This document shows positions 35,742 to 44,489 of a stretch of 53,184 nt of DNA, piece by piece (the first letter of the stretch is position 1; every line of letters starts with the position of its first letter). Where the stretch lies: the NCBI GenBank assembly GCA_964549385.1, contig CAZJVI010000001.1, forward strand, positions 1 to 53,184, read 5' to 3'. The position numbers and the translations under genes were made by a program. The DNA is from an uncultured Gammaproteobacteria bacterium (GTDB lineage Bacteria > Patescibacteriota > Microgenomatia > Levybacterales > UBA12049). The notes under the pieces are model-generated. The model was not told where the DNA came from. It searched no databases and was given only the letters and a program-made list of their open reading frames with translations.

Positions 35742-36512
35742 ATGAAAACAGCACTTATCGGATATACGGGATTTGTTGGAAGTAACATCGCAAAACAAAA
35801 TAAATTTTCAGATTATTATAATTCTCAAAATATTGAAGGAATTAAAAATACATCTTACGATTTAATTATTAGTGCTGCTAACTCAAGCCTCATGTGGAAA
35901 GCAAATCTCGAACCCGAAAAAGATTGGGAAGATATAAAACGTTTTATCGATATTATTAAAACGGTTAATGCCAAACACTTTGTTCTTCTTTCAACAATTG
36001 AAGTGTATGATAATCCGATTGATGTTACTGAAGATTCAGTGATAAAAGAATCAGCATTAAAACCCTATGGTAAAAATCGTTTAAAACTTGAGAGATTTAT
36101 AAAAAAACAATTCAAAAATCACACAATTATCCGTATGCCGAATCTATTTGGGGGAAATTTAAAAAAGAACTTTGTCTATGATTTAATTCATAATAATCAT
36201 CTTGACTATACCCATAAAGATAATCAACAGCAGTGGTATTATTTAAAAAATATATGGAAAGATATCGAAACAGCAATCAAAAATGATCTAAAAACAGTAA
36301 ATTTTTCGGTTGAACCAATAAGTTGTGAAGAACTTGCACGCTATACTCTTGGAATGGATTTTACAACAGTAACTAATACCCCGGCTCGAATATATAATAT
36401 GCTTACTAAATATTCTCATTATTATCATTCTTCAACCGGATATCTTTATAATAAAAAAGAAACGCTAAAAAATCTAAAAACATTTATTCAAAAAGAAATT
36501 AAATCTTTATGA
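35742..36512 (+). CDS. NAD(P)-binding Rossmann protein, RmlD-like sugar reductase/epimerase
   Basis: LIGYTGFVGSNI, LSTIEVY and PYGKNRLKLE (compare YGxxKxxxE of RmlD-type reductases). 256 aa. Confidence 0.6.
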   Translation: MKTALIGYTGFVGSNIAKQNKFSDYYNSQNIEGIKNTSYDLIISAANSSLMWKANLEPEKDWEDIKRFIDIIKTVNAKHFVLLSTIEVYDNPIDVTEDSVIKESALKPYGKNRLKLERFIKKQFKNHTIIRMPNLFGGNLKKNFVYDLIHNNHLDYTHKDNQQQWYYLKNIWKDIETAIKNDLKTVNFSVEPISCEELARYTLGMDFTTVTNTPARIYNMLTKYSHYYHSSTGYLYNKKETLKNLKTFIQKEIKSL

Positions 36513-37315
36513 ACATTGCTATTTCTAATATCGCCTGGGATTATAGTGAAGATGATGCTATCTCTAAGATTCTTCAAAACTACGCCATTAAAGGTATTGA
36601 GATTGCTCCAACAAAAATTTGGAATGATCCAATAAGAACAGATAAAATTGAAATTCTTTCTTATAAATCATATTGGAAAAATAAAGGAGTTGAAATTGTT
36701 GCAATGCAATCACTTCTCTTTGGTCATCCAGAATTAACAATTTTTGAAAGTAAAAAACAGAGAGAAAAGACAGTTATTTATCTTAAAAAAATTATTCACC
36801 TTGCCGCTCTTTTAGGAGTAAAAGCCATGGTATTTGGCTCACCGAAAAATAGAATAGCTGGAGATAAAAATCCGAAAGAAATATATGAAATTGCGTCAGA
36901 ATTTTTCTCTCAAATTGGCGATTATGCCGAAAAATATGATATTCACTTTTGTATAGAAGAAAATCCGAAAGTCTATGGCACTGATTTTTTAACAACGATA
37001 GATGAAGTGTTAACCTTTATTCACAAACTAAATCACTCACACATAAATACTCATCTTGATACAGGAGCAATGAAATTAAATAAGGAAAATCCCGATCAAA
37101 CAATTAAACAAGCAAAACCTTTTTACCATTTTCATATCAGTGAACCCAATTTATTTCCCGTACCATATGAAGTAAACCATAAGAATATCGCAAAAACACT
37201 CAAAAAAATAAATTACAAACGGTGGATCTCAATCGAGATGCGCTCAAAACAAAACGGTTCTAACCTGAAACATGTAGAAAAAACACTTGAATTTGTTACA
37301 AATACATATAGATAA
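36509..37315 (+). CDS. Xylose-isomerase-like TIM-barrel protein (sugar phosphate isomerase/epimerase family)
   Basis: GIEIAPTKIW, LGVKAMVFGSPKNR, HFCIEENP, HLDTGAM, HFHISEP and ISIEMR follow the AP_endonuc_2/XylA-like barrel pattern. Confidence 0.7.
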   Translation: MNIAISNIAWDYSEDDAISKILQNYAIKGIEIAPTKIWNDPIRTDKIEILSYKSYWKNKGVEIVAMQSLLFGHPELTIFESKKQREKTVIYLKKIIHLAALLGVKAMVFGSPKNRIAGDKNPKEIYEIASEFFSQIGDYAEKYDIHFCIEENPKVYGTDFLTTIDEVLTFIHKLNHSHINTHLDTGAMKLNKENPDQTIKQAKPFYHFHISEPNLFPVPYEVNHKNIAKTLKKINYKRWISIEMRSKQNGSNLKHVEKTLEFVTNTYR

Positions 37316-38118
37316 TGAAAAATAACTTACTCAAAACAAAAAATTGGCAGCTTCCAAAATTTGAAATTACCGAATTTCATAAAAAGAAAACTAACTATTG
37401 CATCTGCATTCCCGTTATTAATGAAGGAGAAAAAATAAAAAAACAACTGCAAAAAATGAAAAAATATGCTCACACTATTGATATTATAATTCTTGATGGA
37501 GGAAGTACTGATGGATCACTTACTAAAACATTTCTTAAAACTAATGGAGTTAGAACACTTTTGGTTAAAAAAACTCCTGGTAGACAAGGAACCCAACTCC
37601 GTATGGGATTCTCCTACGCACTAAAAGAAGGTTACGACGGAATTATTACCATTGATGGAAACGGAAAAGATGGTGTTGAAGCGATACCTTCATTTATCAC
37701 TGCACTTACAGAAGGGTATGATTGTGTTGCTGGATCACGATTTACCAATGGCGGAAAAGCTATTAATACACCATTGAGCAGATATATAGGAATACGCTTA
37801 ATAGGCTCACCTCTTTTAAGTCTTGCTGCTATGCATTGGTATACAGACGTAACCAACGGATTTATGGGATACAGTAAAAATTACTTACTCCATCCAAAAG
37901 TCCAACCATTGAGAAATATTTTTGTTGGTTATGAATTATTGTTTTATCTTGATATCAGAGCCTCACAACTTGACCTTTCTATAAAAGAAATTCCCGTTAC
38001 TCGTAAATATCCAAAAAATAAAATTCCGACAAAAATTAAAGGGTGGAAAGGTAATCTGGATGTGATAAAAACGTTCTTTAAAGTAGCTGTAGGATTTTAT
38101 AATCCAAACATACTGTAA
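37315..38118 (+). CDS. Soluble GT2, DPM1/GtrB-like catalytic domain with DGN in place of DxD
   Basis: CICIPVINEGEKI, IIILDGGSTDGS and GIITIDGNGKDGVEAIP (compare the DGDGQ/DADLQ variants). No TM helices. Confidence 0.65.
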   Translation: MKNNLLKTKNWQLPKFEITEFHKKKTNYCICIPVINEGEKIKKQLQKMKKYAHTIDIIILDGGSTDGSLTKTFLKTNGVRTLLVKKTPGRQGTQLRMGFSYALKEGYDGIITIDGNGKDGVEAIPSFITALTEGYDCVAGSRFTNGGKAINTPLSRYIGIRLIGSPLLSLAAMHWYTDVTNGFMGYSKNYLLHPKVQPLRNIFVGYELLFYLDIRASQLDLSIKEIPVTRKYPKNKIPTKIKGWKGNLDVIKTFFKVAVGFYNPNIL

Positions 38119-39224
38119 TCCTTTTGCTTTAAAATATGAGGGTTATGTTCTTTCTGCATCTCTCTGCATACATCATAAATGTTGTCAATTTTCCCTCCCA
38201 TAACAATATGAAAATTTTTAAAACCATAATCTTTCCTATATAATATCGGACGACCATCATTACTTTCATTTTGCTGAAGAACTGTTTTAACTTGATATAG
38301 TGAATTTTTATACTGTAAATCCTTCAATGCAGAAATATAACGTATGGCATCCTTTTGCATATAGAGAAAGTTTGACTTCTCATTCTTAGGTAATTCGTTA
38401 GCCTCTAAATCATGAAACCACGTATAATGTGGCGTGTATCTCACATGATGGAAACTATGCATTTTTTTATCCGGAAAAGGCATGAGAGAAAAAAATGGAC
38501 CATCCATAATTGTTATTCCTATTTTTTTAAACGGATCAGGCATCTCCACTAATGGCATTTCTGCATATTCATGTTTAAAAGGAAGCAAGGGGAGCTGAGA
38601 ATTAAAAAGAAGTGTATTGATGTGAGAATATGAACAATTAATAATATTTTTTGCTGGTAAAGATGTATCATCTGAAAGAGTAAGATATAATGTATTCTTA
38701 TATAATTCTACTTTTTTTGCAGTTGCGTTTGTGAGAACCGATACTTTTGCTTTTTGTAATTTTTCTTTAAGAATTTTTCGTATCTTTGCTGCATTGAATA
38801 CTACCTCATCGACAAGAAATGAATCTTCAATAAGTTGTTCATTAAATAGTTTTTTAAATTTTGTTGGAAGCGGTTTGAGAGGCGATTCAATTTGTTTACA
38901 AAATTTTATAAATTGACAACTCGTAATTTTTGAGGTTGATCGTGCGATTGCATACATCATTGTGTTAGTATCATCAACAGCGGGTCTAAAATCATGAATA
39001 AATTGTCCGTAATTTCTATGTGATCTAAAACCTGTGAGAAAATTTCTAGGATAATGATAGCCATTATGCACCCGTGCTTGATTATGATAAGAAGCTTGTG
39101 TCATAATTTCTTTCTTTTGTTCAACAATGAGAATATTGTCATAATAATTCCGTAAAAGTAACGCAATCATACAACCATAGAACCCACCTCCAATTATTAC
39201 AACATCAAATTTTTTGTATTTCAT
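38097..39224 (-). CDS. FAD-dependent oxidoreductase (DAO/GlpD-type Rossmann)
   Basis: FDVVIIGGGFYGCMIA and ASYHNQARVHNGYHYPR. The ATG at 39224 (MKYKKFDVV) is preferred over the track start at 39308, which overlaps the upstream gene. Confidence 0.75.
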   Translation of the reverse strand: MKYKKFDVVIIGGGFYGCMIALLLRNYYDNILIVEQKKEIMTQASYHNQARVHNGYHYPRNFLTGFRSHRNYGQFIHDFRPAVDDTNTMMYAIARSTSKITSCQFIKFCKQIESPLKPLPTKFKKLFNEQLIEDSFLVDEVVFNAAKIRKILKEKLQKAKVSVLTNATAKKVELYKNTLYLTLSDDTSLPAKNIINCSYSHINTLLFNSQLPLLPFKHEYAEMPLVEMPDPFKKIGITIMDGPFFSLMPFPDKKMHSFHHVRYTPHYTWFHDLEANELPKNEKSNFLYMQKDAIRYISALKDLQYKNSLYQVKTVLQQNESNDGRPILYRKDYGFKNFHIVMGGKIDNIYDVCREMQKEHNPHILKQKDYSMFGL

Positions 39225-39226
39225 AA

Positions 39227-40321
39227 TTACGATATTACTCTGTTCAGTACTTGTAAACTTTTTTTTGTTGCATTTTCCCATGTCAAACTTTTTGCGTATT
39301 TTATACAATCCTGTTGAAAAAGATGGTATTGGGAAGAATTTTGCAAAAGCAAATTTGCCTGTTTTGCCATTTCAGAAGGATTATTGCTAGATAACACAAT
39401 TCCAGTTTTGCCGTTTTTCACTGAATCGCGAAGCCCTCCTACATTATATACAACTGCAGGTGTCCCTTGACTGGCTGCCTCTATGACTACAAGACCCCAT
39501 CCTTCTTTTATAGATGCATGGAGTAAAATATGAGCACGTTTCATTAAAATTAACTTTTCTTGTTCACTTACTTTTCCGCAAAAAATAACAGCATCTTGTA
39601 AGTCATTTTCTCGCACAATATTTTTTAGTTTGTTTATATAGCTTTCTTGCCCTTCACCTACTATCCATAATTTTGATCGGGCATTTTTTTTGTAAATTTT
39701 ATTGAACGCATAAAGAACATCTTCAATACCTTTCATTCTTACTAGACGGCTTATACATATAAATGTGGGATATTTTTCTTTTTTAATTGATGAAGGAAGA
39801 GATTCAATATAAATACCATTTGTAATCACATTAATATTTTTTATCCCTACTTTTTTCAAATCATTGGCAGTTGTGAGAGAAACAGTAATAAAAGGTATAT
39901 TGATATAAATCTTGAAAGCACATGATTCTATAATTCTGCCGATTAAACTAAAAGGGAAAGGATACATATACTTCCATATTTCCCCTGCTACTTCATGAAT
40001 AAAAGCAATCTTTTTCTCTTTTACAAATAACGGAGTAAAAAAAGGAATTCCATGAAATTCATCAATCACAACATCAAATTTTTCTTTTGAAAAAAAATAA
40101 TAAAATAACGCTCCTATAAAAACAGTGAGAAAATTCCCAAATCGAATAACAGTAACTCCTTCAATTTTTTCTTTTTTCTTTGCATTTTTAAAAGATGAGG
40201 TAAACCAATATACATAATGACCATTTCTAACCCATGCCTTTGCATATTCCATTGTGACAGTTTCAGCACCTCCTGCCTTGGAATTTTTAGGGTCTCGCCA
40301 ATTAAATATGAGTATTTTCAT
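39227..40321 (-). CDS. Glycosyltransferase family 4
   Basis: MKILIFNWRDPKNSKAGGAETV and LLHASIKEGWGLVVIEAASQGTPAVVYNVGGLRDSV. Confidence 0.9.
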   Translation of the reverse strand: MKILIFNWRDPKNSKAGGAETVTMEYAKAWVRNGHYVYWFTSSFKNAKKKEKIEGVTVIRFGNFLTVFIGALFYYFFSKEKFDVVIDEFHGIPFFTPLFVKEKKIAFIHEVAGEIWKYMYPFPFSLIGRIIESCAFKIYINIPFITVSLTTANDLKKVGIKNINVITNGIYIESLPSSIKKEKYPTFICISRLVRMKGIEDVLYAFNKIYKKNARSKLWIVGEGQESYINKLKNIVRENDLQDAVIFCGKVSEQEKLILMKRAHILLHASIKEGWGLVVIEAASQGTPAVVYNVGGLRDSVKNGKTGIVLSSNNPSEMAKQANLLLQNSSQYHLFQQDCIKYAKSLTWENATKKSLQVLNRVIS

Positions 40322-41127
40322 GTTGAAGCAATATGAAGAGCATGTTTTACTGCCATTTTTCTTTTTCCTTTACTGTTGGCTTTATAATATCTAATAATAT
40401 ACAAACGGTAATAAACTGCCAACGTATCCCAAATCATAAAAAAAATTGTTGACCATAATGTTTTTGAAGTAATACTTCCGCTTTTAAATGATATTTCAAT
40501 AGGTGCCTCATATATCCTGGTGTACCCAAATGATTGTGAAACCGCAAGAATTTCAATATCAAATGCATACCGTTTAACTAATAATCGTGGCAATACATTT
40601 CGAATAACAGACCTCTTAAAAAATTTTAACCCCACCTGTGTATCCTTAACTTTAAATCCAAAAAGAATATGTGTTAAAGACCGATACCCCCAAGACAAAA
40701 GCGTTCTATATGCTGGATATTCAACTTTTGAAGCAGGATGAAGTTTTGATCCAACAATAACATCAGCATTGTACCAGACCATATGATTTAAGAGTATATT
40801 CATTCCAGCTGGATGGATATCCATGCCCGCATCAATAAAACCAATGACATCACCACGTGCATGAAGCATACCATAACGAATTGCATGCCCTTTCCCATGA
40901 TTTTGAGAATAACCAACAACCTTTACTTTCTTTGATTGCAGTGAAGACGCTTTTTTATAGGTATGATCAAGCATACCATCAACAACAACAATAATTTCAT
41001 ATTGCAATCCTAAAGTGTCAAGAGTCGCTGCTATGCTTTTGATGTCTTTTCTAATTGTTTTCTCCTGTTTATAGGCGGGCATCACAACAGAAAGAAGTTT
41101 TATACCGAAACTATTTCTTCGTGGCAT
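40318..41127 (-). CDS. Glycosyltransferase family 2
   Basis: LSVVMPAYKQEKTI, IIVVVDGMLDHT and GDVIGFIDAGMDIHP. Confidence 0.8.
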   Translation of the reverse strand: MPRRNSFGIKLLSVVMPAYKQEKTIRKDIKSIAATLDTLGLQYEIIVVVDGMLDHTYKKASSLQSKKVKVVGYSQNHGKGHAIRYGMLHARGDVIGFIDAGMDIHPAGMNILLNHMVWYNADVIVGSKLHPASKVEYPAYRTLLSWGYRSLTHILFGFKVKDTQVGLKFFKRSVIRNVLPRLLVKRYAFDIEILAVSQSFGYTRIYEAPIEISFKSGSITSKTLWSTIFFMIWDTLAVYYRLYIIRYYKANSKGKRKMAVKHALHIAST

Positions 41128-42367
41128 AGGGATAATATAGCAAAAATCCTATCACAAGTAAAAGGACCAATATAAACGATATCGCTATTATTTGTATAAA
41201 TGATTGATGATAAAAAATAATCAAAATAATTTGCAAAATTGCTCCAATAAAAACAGGTAAATATATTTTAGTTTTTTTAATAGATAAATAAAAATTTACA
41301 AATAAATAAAGAACACAATAAAATGTCATATATAATGCAAATAATCCAACTAAAGGCGCTATTGTAAGATATGCAGATTTTTTAAGAAAAAATAATATTG
41401 AGAAGTTTGGAAAAAGAAAGTAAAACAATGTCAGAAGAAGTGATGGGAGAAGTACCAAACCTATAGCCAATTTAAATGTATTACCAAAATTTATCCCTTT
41501 TGCGTGTTTTTGAACAATCACTGGAAACATAACGGAACCGATTGGAGCCGTAACAAAAAAAATAACTCTTCCTACTAATGAAAGTCCTGCATATTGTCCA
41601 GCATGAACAGGATCAAAAAAATGTTTTACAAGAAGGATATCGGATGAAATAAACGATACTAAACTAAGTACTGTGAGAACGGACGGAACCCCATAACGAA
41701 AAATCTCTTTGGTTTTTATATCTGGCATTTTAGATTTACTAAAAAAAAGCGTACGCAGTGGTATAAAACTAATAAGAAATCCTCCGATTACCGAAAATAC
41801 CAAAGCTCCCACAGCTCCAGTAACAGAATAACCAAGATAAACAAAAATTATACCAACAAGCAGTTTTATCACAGCGCTTGTAAAACTAACGATAACTTGA
41901 AAACCAAACGCTAACTTTGCCTGAATGAAAGAAAGATTTACTATTCCGATAAAAGATATCAATATAAAAATATCAGCAAAAATAAAAATTATCGGATTTG
42001 TAATATGAAAAAATTGTTCTATCTGAGAGAGACCTACAAGAAAAAGTAAAAAAATAAAAATTCCAACAGCAAAAAGAAATATAAAAAATTTGTTATAAAG
42101 ACCTCGAAGAAGTAAAACATCATCATTTGCAAAATACTCTCCAGCAAAACGGACAATAACTGGATTTACCGCCGTAACGATAAGGGCTGGAAATGTTACA
42201 AGCGAGATAATACTTGCCAAAATACCATAGTCAGTTACCGAAAGAGCTCTGATCATAAAAATGGTAAAGAGAAAGTTAAAAAAATTTGCAAGAAGTCCAC
42301 CAAGAACAACAATCGTACTTCCACGGATGAGAGGATGTTTTATTAATTTTTTTGCAGCTTGTTTCAT
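41111..42367 (-). CDS. Wzx-type (MOP superfamily) oligo/polysaccharide flippase
   Basis: 418 aa with about 12 TM helices. The N-terminus GSTIVVLGGLLANFFNFLFTIFMIRALSVTDYGILASI is typical of polysaccharide-biosynthesis flippases. Confidence 0.7.
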   Translation of the reverse strand: MKQAAKKLIKHPLIRGSTIVVLGGLLANFFNFLFTIFMIRALSVTDYGILASIISLVTFPALIVTAVNPVIVRFAGEYFANDDVLLLRGLYNKFFIFLFAVGIFIFLLFLVGLSQIEQFFHITNPIIFIFADIFILISFIGIVNLSFIQAKLAFGFQVIVSFTSAVIKLLVGIIFVYLGYSVTGAVGALVFSVIGGFLISFIPLRTLFFSKSKMPDIKTKEIFRYGVPSVLTVLSLVSFISSDILLVKHFFDPVHAGQYAGLSLVGRVIFFVTAPIGSVMFPVIVQKHAKGINFGNTFKLAIGLVLLPSLLLTLFYFLFPNFSILFFLKKSAYLTIAPLVGLFALYMTFYCVLYLFVNFYLSIKKTKIYLPVFIGAILQIILIIFYHQSFIQIIAISFILVLLLVIGFLLYYPYATKK

Positions 42368-42431
42368 TGCATTATTGGATTAAACTAAAAAAATTAGAGC
42401 TTATTACTTTACTTATAATTAAACAAACAGG

Positions 42432-43481
42432 CTAAGCTAAGGCTTTTTTATATGATTCAATCGTTTTCTCTGCCGTTTCTTTCCAGCTAAACTTTTTTGC
42501 TTGTTCAATTCCTTTTTGAGAAAGTTCTTTTTGTAGTTTTGTTGAGTTCAAAACTTTAGTAATAGCAGTTATTAAACTATCCGTGTTATAGCCGTCGAAA
42601 TATTCTACAGCGGATCCTCCAACTTCCGGCATACAGCCTTCATGAGAGATAATCACAGGACAGCCTGATTGCATTGCTTCAACAATGGGCAATCCAAATC
42701 CTTCATAGACTGACGGGAAAACAAAAACAGACGCTAAATTATACAATGCAACTAAGTCTTCTGTTGGGACAAAACCAAGCATCATAACATTTTTATTTTG
42801 ATTTCCTAATTGTTGCACTTCAATAAGATCTTTGTTCCAGATATTTTTCCTATCAAAATCTTGTGAGACGAGAGATTTACCAACTAAAACTAGAGGTACA
42901 TCAATAGTTTTAATCGCCTGTAATAACCTTGGCAGATTTTTATTCCACGTCACATCTCCAACATAGAGAACAAATTCGTCCGGTAAATTATATTTCTCTT
43001 TTATACTCTTTAATCTTAAATCATTAATCTTTAATGTTGTAAACTCATCGGCGGCTGCCAAATATGCAACAGAAACTTTTTTATCGGGAACACCGATAAT
43101 TTTTTCAATATCTTTCTTTGATGCTTTTGAATCGGTAAGGATGCCATCAACTTTTCGTAAATTGAAACGCTGTATCCGCCAATTTAAATTTCCTTTCAAA
43201 CCTGCTGGAAAACGCGAGGGGAAAATAAGTGGCGTCAGATCATGAACGGTAACAATTGTTTTATGTTTTTTGTTAAACGGCAATGTGAGAAAAAAAGGAT
43301 CAAAATAAGGATAGTGAACAACATCAACAGGTTGAAGAATTGGTTCACTTTGAGTAAAAAAATGATAATCATTTTCTGGATAATAATTAAGAAGTGCTCG
43401 TTTAAGATAGGTTAAATAAAAACCGGTTCCACGTATTTTGTGACCAGATTGTAAAGGAGAAACATCAATTGCAATTTTCAT
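42432..43481 (-). CDS. Glycosyltransferase family 4
   Basis: MKIAIDVSPL and VFPSVYEGFGLPIVEAMQSGCPVIISHEGCMPEVGGSAVEYFD. The internal ATG at 43481 gives an ATGA overlap with the galE stop. The track start is 43493. Confidence 0.9.
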   Translation of the reverse strand: MKIAIDVSPLQSGHKIRGTGFYLTYLKRALLNYYPENDYHFFTQSEPILQPVDVVHYPYFDPFFLTLPFNKKHKTIVTVHDLTPLIFPSRFPAGLKGNLNWRIQRFNLRKVDGILTDSKASKKDIEKIIGVPDKKVSVAYLAAADEFTTLKINDLRLKSIKEKYNLPDEFVLYVGDVTWNKNLPRLLQAIKTIDVPLVLVGKSLVSQDFDRKNIWNKDLIEVQQLGNQNKNVMMLGFVPTEDLVALYNLASVFVFPSVYEGFGLPIVEAMQSGCPVIISHEGCMPEVGGSAVEYFDGYNTDSLITAITKVLNSTKLQKELSQKGIEQAKKFSWKETAEKTIESYKKALA

Positions 43482-44443
43482 CTTTTGTGCCATTCCCAGG
43501 CGGTTTTGACAATTGTTTCTAAGTCAGAATATTTCGTTTCAAAACCAATTTCTTCTTTAATTTTTGACGCATCAGCAACGGTTTCAGCAACATCTCCCGC
43601 TCGTCGTTCTAAAACGTTAACAGGGAAATCTTTCCCCGAAATTTTTTTTACCATTTCAATAACTTCTTTATTGGTTGATCCTTTACCCGTCCCAACATTA
43701 TAAATATATTCTCCATTTTCTTTCTCTAATTTTTTTATCATCAATACATGTGCTTCAACAAGATCAAGCACGTGAATATAATCACGAATACAGGTACCGT
43801 CACGAGTGTCATAATCATCACCATAAAGCTTAAATTCTGAATTATTAAGAGCCGCTTTAATAGCATTTGGGATTAAATGCGTTTCAGGATCATGATCTTC
43901 CCCCAACGAGCCATCAAGGGCTGCTCCTGAGGCATTAAAATAACGCAAGATAACGGAGCCGATGCCATGCACTGCATAATACCAATGCAAAATTTTTTCA
44001 ACCATATATTTACTTTCTGCATAAGGATTTTCAGGATTTTTCACATGCGTCTCTGGAATTGGATTAATGGTAGGTTTGCCATAAACCGTCCCCGTTGAAG
44101 AAAAAATAAACTTCTTAACATTATGCTCTTTCATCGCGTCCAGAAGTGAAACTGTCGTAAACACATTGTCACGAAAATATAATCCTGGATGCTGCATTGA
44201 TTCCCCCACTGCGATATATGCAGCAAAATGCATAACACAATCATATTGATGTTCAGAAAAAAGTTTGGAAATAAAATCAGACTCTCGCAGATCACCTTTG
44301 ATAAATGTTGCTCGTGAATCAAGTGAAGATTCATGTCCACGCTCGAGATTATCTGCAACAATAACCTCGTGCCCGTCATCAAGAAGCCTTTTAACCATAA
44401 AACTTCCAATATACCCAGCTCCTCCAGTAACAAGTACTTTCAT
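43478..44443 (-). CDS. galE: UDP-glucose 4-epimerase
   Basis: MKVLVTGGAGYIGSFMV, ADNLERGH, FSSTGTVYG, YAESKYMVE, RYFNASGA and TCIRDYIHVLDL are all GalE hallmarks. Confidence 0.9.
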   Translation of the reverse strand: MKVLVTGGAGYIGSFMVKRLLDDGHEVIVADNLERGHESSLDSRATFIKGDLRESDFISKLFSEHQYDCVMHFAAYIAVGESMQHPGLYFRDNVFTTVSLLDAMKEHNVKKFIFSSTGTVYGKPTINPIPETHVKNPENPYAESKYMVEKILHWYYAVHGIGSVILRYFNASGAALDGSLGEDHDPETHLIPNAIKAALNNSEFKLYGDDYDTRDGTCIRDYIHVLDLVEAHVLMIKKLEKENGEYIYNVGTGKGSTNKEVIEMVKKISGKDFPVNVLERRAGDVAETVADASKIKEEIGFETKYSDLETIVKTAWEWHKR

Positions 44444-44468
44444 AGTATTATTTTAGCAGAAATTAGTC

Positions 44469-44486
44469 CCTAACACCTAGTACCTA
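44469..44486. repeat. Half-copy of the TAGG-heptad element (three CCTA at 7-nt spacing), sharing a 12-mer with 1388-1399
   Basis: CCTA at 44469, 44476 and 44483. ACCTAGTACCTA at 44475-44486 is identical to 1388-1399. It lies in the 46-nt spacer between the stop at 44490 and the galE ATG at 44443. Confidence 0.5.
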
Positions 44487-44489
44487 CCT

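Noticed and set aside
35742-39224. Direct DprE1/DprE2 orthology for the FAD oxidoreductase / NAD(P) reductase pair
   Set aside because: The FAD protein has a Rossmann GxGxxG N-terminus (DAO/GlpD type) rather than the DprE1-type FAD-binding domain. No UbiA-type phosphoribosyltransferase is present. I kept this only as a functional analogy in the findings.
42368-42431. Other short spacers (42368-42431, 29620-29671, 11271-11296, 48595-48622) checked for TAGG-heptad copies, RNA genes or hairpins
   Set aside because: I found no heptad periodicity, no tRNA-like structure and no convincing stem-loops by eye.
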